A DNA stretch of 64,000 bases from Paraspadella gotoi (Eukaryota; Animalia; Chaetognatha), in assembly GCA_051294375.1 (NCBI GenBank), contig CM119266.1:15555405-15619404 (forward strand). Reading direction: 5' to 3'. The translations under genes were made by a program, and so were the position numbers. How positions within the stretch are numbered: position 1 is the first letter of the stretch; each line of letters begins with the position of its first letter. The notes beneath the pieces were generated by a model, which saw only the letters and a list, made by a program, of their open reading frames with translations, made no database searches and was not told where the DNA came from. Of the stretch, positions 40,301 through 57,551 are shown piece by piece.

Positions 40301-41053
40301 GATTTGTCAACGACGGCGTCGACCTTCCTCGCCGACGTCTCCGCCATCGTCGACACCGAAGTTGACGCTTTCCGGCGCCGGATCGAAGACGTCTTGTCTC
40401 GTGCCGTCTCCGGCTTCCTCGACGCTTCCAACTCCACGGCCACTTGTGGCAAAATCTGGCAGACAGTGACGACTTTGGCTGGCGTGCCCTGCACACTTAT
40501 CGTCGACCCTCTGGCGGCCTACTTCTTCGGACTCGGTGCCCACGTGGGTCTCGGCTTCGTCGCCGTCATCTTCGCCGTCCACGTGGCCGGAATGTGGCGT
40601 GAAGAGAAAGCCTTCAAGGAGGAGGGACCGAGGAGCGGGCGAGAGAAAATCCGGGACAATCGGGTAAGCCCTGTGTCGCCCGACGAGGAGTTGACGATTA
40701 AGGTTGTGAAGACTAAGAATCGGAAAACGACGAATCCGCCGCCGCCGACGAAAACGACGGCGAAGACGACGACGAAGACGACGCCCAAGTCGAAACCCAA
40801 GTTGCCGAAGGAGCGACCGGTTCCGGCGAAAACTAGCCGGCGTATCTCTCCCGAACCGGCGCCACAGCCCCGACGTCAAGCACCGACGGCGAGCTACGAC
40901 GATCGGTACGATCAGTACGATCCATACGGACAGTACGACGGATATGACCCTTACGATCCGTACAACTACCCGCAACCGCCCGGCATGAATTCTCACCGGC
41001 CAGGAATGATGGTGCAGGCAGGGCACGGATATCAGGAACATGGATACTACTAA
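37384..41053 (+). CDS. PROM: Prominin (CD133-family) pentaspan membrane glycoprotein, ~950 aa; exons 37384-37598, 38018-38882, 38986-39358, 39481-40101, 40275-41053
   Basis: Signal-like N-terminus. TM1 is followed by the prominin Cys cluster 'PFVGFIFCCCRCCCDKCGG'. Two large helical, N-glycosylated extracellular loops. TM3/TM4 followed by 'YTEGC'. 'C..IWQTV....C..IVDPLAAYFFGLG' precedes TM5. Exon lengths sum to 2853 nt (951 codons). Confidence 0.88.
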
Positions 41054-41611
41054 AAGAAAATGATTTTTTTTTTAAGTTTAAAGGTTAAAGTTTAGAAACT
41101 GTCACAAAATAATTAGATTTTTTCTCCGTCGTCAATGCGCAATTCTGAATGATAAAATTTCGTTGCGGATTTTCTCTTTTCCATCGCTTCCAAATGTTTT
41201 AGAATCTAGGATTGCTCTTGCAATACTGCGTCAAAATTTTCTACTTTTAGTAATTCTGTTATTTACCAAAGATTTTACGCAATATTTTTTAAACAGTGAA
41301 AACGGAAAGCCCATTTAAACATCATCATTAAGCCAGTTTTTTTTTAAATGAACCTATTTCAAGAAATATAACTAAAAAAAAAAAACCATGTACAAAATTA
41401 TCACAATATTTCCTTACCTTACTACGTTCTTATGGATGTTTAGATTATGGTTCAAATACCATAATATCGTTTATTTTTGTTTGCTGTTAGTGCTTTTAAT
41501 ATTTGATATGTAAATAAAAAGAAAAGTAAATACAATTTTGGAATATTAAGTGAGCTCACTTTTATTTGGTGTCCTAATAAACGAAACTTGTTAAAAAAAT
41601 CATAGTTATGA

Positions 41612-44600
41612 CTACTTCAAACATCCAGCCCTGTAGGGAAAATCGCAAACTTTGCGGAGAGGGTTGAAATGAAGATATTCGGGGCAAATAAATAGAATAG
41701 AATGTTCATTGCTAGTTCCTGGATATAGGCACCTTATGAAACTTCTACAATCATCAGGATTTGGCAAATACTGGCCGTGGTACGTACACATGCTCTCACA
41801 CTCAAAATTGTTGATTAATACATATCCCAACGGGCAAGCACAATAAAAGCTTCCGGGAACATTTTGACAAATTGAATTTCCTTGACAGAATCCATTCAGA
41901 TATTCGCATTCGTTGATATCGATACACAGAGGTGCGAAGGGATGCATTTCAAAACCTGGATTGCAGTTGCAGATGAAGCTTCCATACGACACAGCGCAGC
42001 AGCCTCCCTCATCACAGTTGCCAGAATCCATGATGTTCCCAGCGTCGGGCGGTTCCGTTGAGCAAGTGACGTTGTCTGATCCATCGAAACAGGTGCAGTT
42101 GAAATAGCCGAGGGTGTTGGTGCAATTTTCTGTGCATCCACCGTTCGATGTCCCGCATTCGTCTATGTCCAAGCAGGTTTTTTTATCCGCATCAAGTTTA
42201 TATCCACTTTTGCACTGACAAGTAAATGACCCATCATAGTTAAAACAGTATTGGTCACAACCGCCGTTGTCAAGCATGCATTCATCGGTGTCGTTGCAAC
42301 CATAACCTTTCCACTCAAAGCCGTCTTTGCAGGTGCAGTTGAAGGAACCAACAGTGTTTGTGCAAGACTGACAGTTAAAATTATCCGTCGTACATTCATC
42401 AATATCTACGCAATCTAATGAACCTTGTAGTTGAAAACCTTGGTTACAGCCACACTGGTGTGAACCAATGTTATTATAGCATTTCTGTGTACAGCCTCCA
42501 TTTTGAACTTGGCATTCATTGACGTCAAAACAAGACTTCCCATCAAAGCCGAGTTCATAACCTAAACTGCAAGCACACTCGTGCGTTCCGGCCTTATTTA
42601 TACACAGTTGTTGACAACCACCGTTTAAACTTGAACACTCATTTATGTCATGACAATATCGTAAATCTTGCCCAAGTAGATATCCATCGAAACAGTCACA
42701 ATGCACCGATCCCTGTGGCATGGAGCAATACTGAAAGCAGCCATTTTGATTGGGGCATGGGTTTAGGGCAGTACAAGAGGAACCATCAGAATTTAGTTTA
42801 AACCCGTAGGGGCAATGGCACGAAAAAGATCCATCGGTGTTGGTACAACGGTCCTCACATTTACGCGGTTTCATGAAACATTCGTCAATATCAAGACAGA
42901 CTTTCCTGTCTGCCTGCAATCTGTAACCCTGGTAACATAGACACTCAAAAGAGCCCACTACATTGTGACAGGTTTGAGTACATCCATGGTTGCTATTCGC
43001 GCATTCGTTTATGTCAGAGCAGTTAAATCCATCTGGGTCCAAAGAAAAACCTTCGGGACACACACATTCGTACGATCCATGAGTATTGTTACAAGCGTGA
43101 CTGCATCCATGGTTTCCGCTGTAGCATTCGTTAACGTCAGTACAAGATTTTTTATCTGGGTTCAAAGTAAAACCGGAGTTGTGGCCACATGCACATTCAT
43201 ATAGGTTTGGACATGACGGGCATGCTATACAAGTTCCTTTTTTGATACAATAGGAACCGTTAATACTTAAAACAAAATCTTCGTCGCAACCACATGCAAA
43301 GGAACCATTAGTATTTTGACAAATTTGTTGACAGTTATGAGTTTGGGTTTGGCATTCATCAATATCAGTACATGTTTTTTCATCATTGGTCAGTTCATAA
43401 CCTAGTTGCAGAAAATAAAAGGAAAAGTATTGTTTTGAATTAGTAATAGTATTAAATCATGTACCTGCAGCGCATGAGCATTCATATGAACCCTCTAAAT
43501 TAGTGCAGTTGTGCTCACAAGAATGGTTAGATTTACATTCATTGATGTCTAAACATGAGACACTGTCATTTTGTAGAAGATAGCCATTTTTGCAAGAACA
43601 TTCAAAAGAATTTCCAGTGACATTACAAGTTTGATTACAAGGCGATGCTTCACAAGGACTTCTTAAGCAAGAAATATTATCAGAATGTAAAACATAACCA
43701 GGATTACAAAAGCATGTATAAGATCCATTTGTATTTTCACAACTATGATTGCAGGGTGAGGATATACATTCGTCGACATCTTTACAAGTCACATTGTCAT
43801 TTTGCAAGGTGTAACCCTTATTACAAGAACATTCAAATGAACCCTGGAGATTTTCACATCTTTGTTCACAAGGTGAGGATTGACACTCATTCGTGTCATT
43901 ACATGTTAGACCATCTGCCTCGAGTGAGAAACCCGGATAGCACGAACAGATAAACGATCCCTCGATGTTCGAACAAATGTTACTGCATCCACCGTTACTA
44001 ATTAAGCATTCATTTACGTCCCAACAAGAACTATTGTCAACTCCTAAATCATATCCGGGTTTGCAAGTACATATAAATGAGCCATTAGTATTTTTACAGG
44101 TTTGATTACATGGGAATGACGTGCATTCATCAATATCATCGCAGGAAAATCCGTTCGAATTAACCGTGAATCCTGAATTACACGAACAATTGTAAGATCC
44201 TTGATTAAAAGTACATATTTGTTCACAAGGTGAAGACTGGTCACAAATGTTTTCTTCTCGGCAAGATAAATCGTCCACATCTAACACATAACTCTGGTTG
44301 CATGAACATTGAAAAGATCCCTGAGTATTTTGGCATGTTTGATTGCATCCACCGTTATTAGTTAGACATTCATCAATATCTGTACATGTGCTATTATCCA
44401 CGTTTAACTCATAGCCTACATTGCAGGAACAAAAATAAGATCCTGCAGTGTTTTGACAAATTTGACTGCAACTAACATTGTTGAATTGACACTCATTGAT
44501 GTCCTCACATACGGTTTTATTGAGCTGTAAATCATAGCCAGAATTGCAAGAACAAGAAAAAGATCCCCATGTATTGTTACATATTTGATTACATCCTCCA

Positions 44601-44732
44601 TTGTTGGTTAAACATTCATCAACGTCATCTGAAAATATTTAAAAACAAGTTGATGATCGGGCGTAAAAATATTCTCGTCACTTAATATAATTGATATAAA
44701 AGTAATAATGTAGCGCTAGATTCAACATGCCG

Positions 44733-44826
<94 letters not shown>

Positions 44827-47589
44827 TTAGTTTTAACGAGTTACCGCTACATGTCACTCCGGAAAATCCACCAGTGCAGAAGCACTCGAAGAAGTTTAGT
44901 CCCCTTGCACAATTCCCTCCGTTTGAACACAACCGACAAACGTTGACGTCTGTTGATTAAGATGTTAATACCGTCAAATGATTTCTTTTGTGTCACTGGA
45001 TTTGGCTCACGGGGTGGTTTCCATTTCATTGAAATTGTCGATTTACTCGTAAAACGCTGAGCGCTGAATCGAGCTCCTTGATCCCTCCTTGATCCTTTAT
45101 TGTAAATCACTTTAGTGATTTACTTAACCACTGAAATTGTACCATTTTCCCGCTTTTTTTAATTTTTTTCCCATCTATATAACTTTTCTTTCTTACTAGG
45201 AGGATTTGTCTCTTACTTTCTCTACTATGAGCATTTTCCCTTTACTTTCTAAAGAAATTTTCTCTTCTATCTGCACCCACTAGATCTTCACTTGCACCTG
45301 TTTTGAATGTTTTAGTCAATAGATTTTAGTTTAAGTACATCCACCAGAGGTTTTAATATTTTTTCTGAAACAAAAGAACAGTCCCATTAAATTTTCTTTG
45401 TGTTTTTACCCGATTCTACTGTAAGGATCTAAAAAGAAGGAAGCCTCTTTCTTTAGCCTGCGTTATCTCCCAATTTACGTAAGCGTCACCTTCCGTGATT
45501 TTGGCTTGAAGGTTTTCATTGATATCTTTATTGCTGTTGAGCCCGACGCCGGCTGCAGGGATCATGACCCTCGGAAGATGATTCGTTCGATCAGCGCCGC
45601 AAACGAGTCGCAGCTTTTCCTTGTCGGCGCCGTCGCTGATGCCGACGCCGAGAATGCCGACGTCCAAAGTCTTGCAGACCGTTTCGGAAATCTCCCTGTG
45701 AACAGAAAGATGGACGAGCTGTGTTGAAAACTGATAGACAGTCAGTTAAGCTTATATTTATTACCTGAATCCGTTATTACGAATTGCGTCGACGATAATT
45801 TCGCCGATCTTCTCCCCTGGGGAGTTGGGTTCGTCCAAATGGCTGAGGTAATAATTTTGGCTCTCTTCCTTCGAGGCAGAGCGACAGCAATCCCACGCGG
45901 TCCTTCTCTGTTCAGAAATTAAAAAAAAATCTAAGGTCAGAATAAAAAGTTTCCATTGGACTCTTTGCAGTATTTAGTAAATATTTAAGCTTTTCTTGCC
46001 TTAAAAGGGTCCACCATTTTGCTCAAAAAAGTGCTCTTGATGTTTGAGTTCCACAATACGTATCTGTCCACTTGATGATCGCACTTGATCTTTCTCAATA
46101 GGGTGGCCACCACTGTGGCGTAATCTGTTTCGAAGTCACCATTGGGGGCATCGGCGGCGTGGATGATGACACGAGTCGCTGATGACCACGATAGCAGAGT
46201 GACGAGCTGCTCCAACGCATTTGCAACATCGACCACGTCAAAGCCGCCTCCTGCGGATTTTTATAGGAAGTTCGTTTTAAAAACAACGTTTTCTCAACAA
46301 ATTTTTTTTTTTCAAAACTCTATTTTCGTATGATATCTGATTATGAAAAGTAAAAACCAGTGGCGCTGATGATGGTGTTCCACCAATTATAAAACTCGTT
46401 GTAGTCTGAAGTAAAATTCCTGAAGATGTAAGGATCAGCGTTGGCCGAGTACTGGTCTCCGTATCCGAAGAAGGCGTACTCGATTACGGATCCGGGAAAG
46501 ACGCTGCCCACCACGTTTCCGACGTTTGCCAGATGGTCGTGCAATTTGTAGACGTCTTGCTTCATGCGGCCCGTCACCTCGGCGACGAAGAGGAGAGCTA
46601 TCGTCTAATTTGTGGAGGAAGTAAAAGAAATGAGAGAGAGACAGAAAGAGAAATTGAAGGAGAGTGAGAAAGATTGCATTTTAATACCTTGGCGTCCGCG
46701 GGAGGAGCTTCTTGTTCCGAGTTGTCTGTCAGGATGACGCCCGTTTTGGCATCGACATCTGATCGTGGGTTTGTCTCGAAGACATCTTTCATCTTTTGCA
46801 ATCCTCTGTCACAAAAATATAGTATAAAGTCGAGAGAGAGAGAGAGAGAAAAGGAACTAACCCTCTCGTGTCCATCGATCCTCCGATGAATTGCAAGGAG
46901 CTCAGTTTGTTTTTGACCCAAGTTTTTCCCATGGAAACGGAATCGTTGAAAGTGATGTCCTCTGTGATTCCGGAGGCGGAATATTGAATAACGGAGATTC
47001 TGCGCAATACAACAGTGAATTATTTTGTCTTCCCGTGTTGGATTATTCGAGAATACTGTGGACGAATACTTAATATTGAATTTCAAAGTATTAAAGTAAA
47101 TTTTACTTTATTAACTTAACTCCGTAGTTACGGAATTCGCTTTTTAATTATTCCTTTCTTCTTTATCCCCACTAAAATGATGGAGAACCTGGATTTGTCT
47201 TGCCCGAACTCGAGGTCATCGAGGATCCCGTCCACGAAAGTCTTGGCTTCATTGAAAGAGGCGTTTGTGCAGGTGTCGCTCCCGTCGAGTAGAAACACCA
47301 CGTCGAATTTACCGAGAGGGAGGAAGTTTTGCTTGGCGAAGGCATCTGTTGTGGATTATACTTTTGTTTATCAGAGGGATGGAGGTCGTGAGTTCTAAGC
47401 TATATAATTTGGGGATTTTTGTCTTTTTTATTTAAAATCGCATTAGTCATTATTAAATTCGGGGAACTAAATTAAAGGACATTAAGTTATTCATTGATTA
47501 AGTTAAGTTTCGTGACAGGAAAATGTATCACTGAACTTACTTTCAAGAATTGGAAATAGTAGACAAATAATAACCAAAAAACGAGTCAT
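41612..47589 (-). CDS. Secreted extracellular-matrix protein: signal peptide, VWA with a second inserted VWA, ~24 EGF/cbEGF repeats, C-terminal chitin-binding type-2 (CBM14/peritrophin-A) domain
   Basis: Minus-strand exons: 47589-47541 (MTRFLVIICLLFPILE), 47345-47189 (DVVFLLDGSDT), 46999-46862, 46805-46688 (GVILTDNS), 46604-46358, 46250-46000, 45907-45765, 45695-~45490, unresolved small exon(s) in ~45430-44970, 44949-44845 (EGF), 44628-43465 and 43401-41612 (DIDEC/DVNEC EGF arrays). C-terminus CTYHGQYLPNPDDCRSFIRC..CPEYLHFNPLRKVCDFPYRAGC has the six-Cys CBM14 pattern. Joining the VWA half to the EGF half is inferred. Confidence 0.8.
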
Positions 47590-48023
47590 TTTTTTACATT
47601 TGCTATCATGCGATCGATGTAAAAAATATGTCTCAAAAGACATTGCATAATATCGCGGATAAGCTGGATATTTGCCATAGTTTAACGAGGAAATTGTATC
47701 TGTTGACGTTTTAATAAATGAACCTCTACAATTGTTTTAGATCTCAAAGTGCAAAGTATTATAAGAATTTATTCATTACATGAATTCATTGATGCCTTAA
47801 ATACATAGTCTCACATATAAATCGTCTTTGTTATCATTTTTCAATAAAGAAATTTTAACAACAATATAAAATTATCCATTTCTTTGATAAATGAGCGAAC
47901 TCCTTCCCATTTATATACAATTATCATGCAATATCCTACATAGCTAATAACCTATATCTATAGCTCGTAGAGGATTTAGATTCAGGACTAGTCCCATCTC
48001 TTCCTTATTAATTTTTTTTTCTC

Positions 48024-48073
<50 letters not shown>

Positions 48074-48185
48074 CTCTCTCCCTCTCTCTCCTCTCTCTCT
48101 TCTCTCTCTCTCTCAACATCCCATTTCCTTTTCTTTCCCTCGTTGGGCCTTTTTCTTCCTTCTCCATCCGGACACGCGAACTTAC

Positions 48186-48310
48186 CCAAGGCTTTCTGGG
48201 CGGGGCGTCATCCGCGCTCCTCTCATAGTAACCGCGGTTTGTTGGCAAGGGACGGAGCTTCGGAGCTCGGAGGAGCAAGGGCACGGGCTTTGTAAAAGGG
48301 AGGGGAAAGA
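48186..48310 (-). other. Possible non-coding 5' exon of the VWA-EGF gene, within a divergent promoter region shared with the TEX43-like gene
   Basis: GC-rich patch ending in a strong donor TGG|GTAAGT (48185), followed by a GA-rich intron-like start; no convincing ORF. Confidence 0.3.
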
Positions 48311-48777
48311 GCAGCCGGATAAAGTCCGGAAAAGCGCTCTTTTCCTGGATTTGACGCCCGCGAAAGAATTAAGATCGATTTTTATTTTTTCGGGAAAATC
48401 AGAACATAAATTCGTTGGACACCTTGAGAATCGGAGAATCTTTGGATACGAAAACAAAACAAAATATAAACTTCATGAAACTCTATCCGATTTCTCGACG
48501 CATCGATAATTTCTAGGCCGCTTCAAATAAATTATAAATCATAGATAAATCATAAAGTATAATTGTAATCTTTGCCTACTAAGTCATAGTAAAAAATACG
48601 TTTTGTTTTCCTTTAGTGATTGTTTAAAAATATATTATCACTTACCTCACTCAATTTTTAATTTTTGATCCAAGATTTGGGTAAAATTTCAAAATTTCAA
48701 AATGATACTGTGATTCAATTGCGACGCAAAATTTGATTTCCGGCGCTGCAAAGATCCCCTTCCCCCAACGGATACCT

Positions 48778-49515
48778 ATGGCGTTGGATCAACGGATTGG
48801 ACGAAAGTCGTACGCGCTGTCCGCGCGGCGCGTCCCGCACTCTATAAAGGCGCACGGACTCGTACCACTGCAGTACGTGCAACCGTGGAAGACGGATATG
48901 AGGAATAGAAAACTCATACTTCAGGTCTGTTTTAATAATATAGAGTCATGGGATATCTTTGACTAAATTGACTCTACTTTCTGTGTCCCTTTTTTCCCCC
49001 CTTAAATCTCATACAGAACGCGGATCTAGGAGGCGTTCCGCACCACGAGCACGACGACGCTTTGTATCTAAACAAAAGGGAGCAGCGTGTATACAACGCG
49101 GAGAATCGCGTTCTCGTTGACTCCAAGTATCAACTGCCTCCGAGAAGCGTTCTCCTGCACCCCCCGAGGTCCGTGATAAACAATTTGACCGTTTATGAAT
49201 GTAACTAAGCACACATGAACAATTGAACATACAATGCTTTAAAATCTATTTCATTCCATCAGAAAGCACCGAAACTCATGGCACCAGAGTTCGTTAATGC
49301 GCATGCGCGACGCCCCGTCATCGGCGACCGGATACCGCGACGCCGGGTGCCGTCTCTGTCCGGCCGAAACGCATCCCTGGCGGCTCACGCCCACCGAGAT
49401 CCCCGTCGCTCCACTCGGGTCGTTTCCGATAGAACCGGCTCTAGTGGAGCCGGTGACGCCAGAGCCGACGATGGAGCCGCCGCCGGTGGAAGACTTCGTC
49501 GACGCCGTCGCTTGA
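48778..49515 (+). CDS. TEX43: TEX43/SPMIP10 (C5orf48)-like ciliary/sperm microtubule inner protein, ~183 aa; exons 48778-48924, 49017-49168, 49263-49515
   Basis: The spliced product HGLVPLQYVQPWKTDMRNRKLILQ|NADLGGVPHHEHDDALYLNKREQRVYNAENRVLV..HQSSLM aligns by eye with the recalled human TEX43 core ([54 protein letters not shown]). Intron phases 0 and 2 are consistent; exons total 552 nt. Confidence 0.75.
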
Positions 49516-50410
49516 GGATAACAGGAGCTTTGGAATCGACCGTCAAGACATATGATCCGTTTGCTTCGAACTAAAGAAAATTGCTTGCCAAAAAAGTTTG
49601 AACGAGACATTTTGAAACCAGAATATAAGGTATAGAAGAAAATATTTTCTACTAGTAAGAATATTTTATTACTATTTCTATGGATACCCGGATACCCCGC
49701 TCCAAGAATTTTGCTATCTGCCCAAAGTGGGTGGAAAGAAAAGAACTCACAAGATATTAGATTGCGGTTTATTTGGAATTTATTATACGTACTGATCATA
49801 ATTATATTTTTTTTTCTATTTATTCACTGGTTTATTAGTTTTGTTTCATATATTGATTTTATTACAGTGACCTGTGTAAATAAAATTGTGACATGTAAGT
49901 TTATAATTAATGTAAAATTCTAATTAAATATATTAAATTTTGAATTATTAATATCAGTAAGTCTATTTTTCAATTTTGTAAGAGCTACTTATTTTTTGGA
50001 TGTACTTAAACATAGGGGGCGACTTAACAGTAAATTAAATTCGAAATAGAAATTCAAAAGATTATAATTCAATAGTGACACACAAATGAACTGAATCGGG
50101 GCACAAATAGGTCGACGATAAATTCTAAACTGCATACTTTTAATTTCCTACCAACGATATAAATATTGCTGGGGATTCTAACTCTAGACGGTTCGCTTTA
50201 AAATAGCACAAAAAGAGGTTCAATAGCAGTTATCAACGTAATTAGGAATGACAGCAAATATGACGCTGTACAAAAGACATACCAAGAAAAAAAATCACTC
50301 TAATTGGTGACCGGTCAAAATCACGGTGTAAACTATTTTGATATAAATTAAATCGGGGTCGAGGGGTCAAAGGCGATAGTGATATCACTGTTTGTTTTCG
50401 TCATCTTTCA

Positions 50411-50442
<32 letters not shown>

Positions 50443-50470
50443 CTCTCTCTCTCTCCTCTCTCTCTCTTCC

Positions 50471-55753
<5,283 letters not shown>

Positions 55754-57551
55754 CTGGAGAGCGCGGGGTCAGGGGAAGAAAAGTGTGGTCATAATGAGGT
55801 CTGGATTAGGGGATCTAAAGTTAAAAGTTTAAACCCAAGCGATTTTGGACAATCCTTCAGGGCTGGGTCTAAAAGAGGAAAGTATTTCGTATGAACAAAT
55901 TCTGAATGATGGAAGTTGAAACCATGAAATGCGGAGCATAAAAAGAAAGAATACGCTCGAAAATGTTTTTTATTCATATTTAGACAACGACGAAATATTT
56001 AAACAGATGAATACAGCCCGAAGAGCAACTCAGTGGAGGGTATTTTTGATAAAATTTAAAGCTATTTCTTCGACCATCTTCCATATCGATTATATTTGAC
56101 CTAATTAAAGTGAATCTGTAATAACAACTAAGTCCGTCCCATCAATACCGTCCAATAAAAAAATACAGCTGGTTCGTGCCGAGAAAACTAATTTTCCAGA
56201 ACGCTTCTTTAATTTTTAGATTTTCGGCCTTGATTTACGAGGCGGCCCGAGAACACGTTTCAGAACTTCCGCTTGTCATTCCGTCCAAAAATTAAAAAAA
56301 AGAAGGAGTTTGTTTTCATTCAAAATTAAATTAAAATAATGAAATGAAAAAAAAAGAAGGAAATTTTTTTTTTCGGACCTGGAAACCTAATTGGCGACGC
56401 TGCTTGATGGCCGACGACATTTTGAAATGTTAAGAGTCGCTAAATCCGCACATCAATTTTTTTTATGTTCAACTTTTCCATATTTAAAACGAAAACAGGT
56501 CATGACATTTTTTGTTTCTTTTTTTTTAAACCAAACTGATGATTTTGAAAAGAAATGAGATAAAATGAAAGGCGAGAAGGAACCACGAGAATTTCGCTTT
56601 TCTTTACAGTTTCGCTCCTCTCCTTTTTTTATTGGAATTTTCGAGTGTCACCGAGCAAAACGCACAATCTGAAAAAAACGGTTGTCTGGCTAACTTTTTT
56701 ATGTTTGAAAGAGAGAGAGAGAGAGATGAGAGAGAGGAGGGATCGAGAGAAGAGAGAGAGAGAGGAGAGGAGAGAGAGAGAGAGAGATGAAGATGGAGAG
56801 TAACAGTGCTTTCCAACCGTTTTTTCCCCCTTTTCCATCTCTTGTTATTTTTGGTTATTGTTCCCCGGAGAAGCGATCGATGGGAACGACCCTTAGCAAA
56901 GTTCAAGGTCATCGTTCTCCGATGCGAAATGACTAATGACTTGAGGATAAACAGATACAAAGGAATGTTTATCTTCCCTTTTTTTTCTGTTTGTGTCGTT
57001 TGTCTTTTTGAAACGAGAAAAAAGAACCATTAATAACGTTGTTTTTTTTTTAATTTGGTTTTCGGAAAAAGATACATTAGTCTTTAAGATTTTTTTGCCA
57101 CAAAATCATAGGAATTTCGATTTACAAAAACTAAATATAAAGCAAAGGCCGGAGGCAAAGAAAGTCAGGTAAAAGCACCAGAGAAAGGGGACCTTCGCTT
57201 TAGGAAAAAAAAAAAGCCCGAGGATATGGCCTGGTTTTTCCGGGGATCAACTCAGTGCTTCACAATTTTTGTTGGTTGTTGGATATTCAATAATGTTTAA
57301 TATATAATATCTTCTCGAATACGATTTGTTTTTTTCTTCTTTTCTCTAATGTTTTCTTTTTGCGGCAACAATCTTATCGAATTTCTGCTCTTTAGACTTA
57401 GAAGGAAACAAATTTAACGAGGAATGTTGAAAAAAAAATCTAAAATAAATATAAAATTAACTCCGGTTTTATGTTACAATGTTAAGCGACGCCATAAAAT
57501 CAAAGAAAAGGATCAACGTAAAATTCGGAACCCGGTGGTCGAAAGTCTCAC

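Noticed and set aside
38030-41041. Antisense ORFs (231, 168, 244 aa) over prominin, and similar ones over cadherin exons (22922-23425, 27820-28350)
   Set aside because: Shadow frames of GC-rich coding sequence with no independent motifs.
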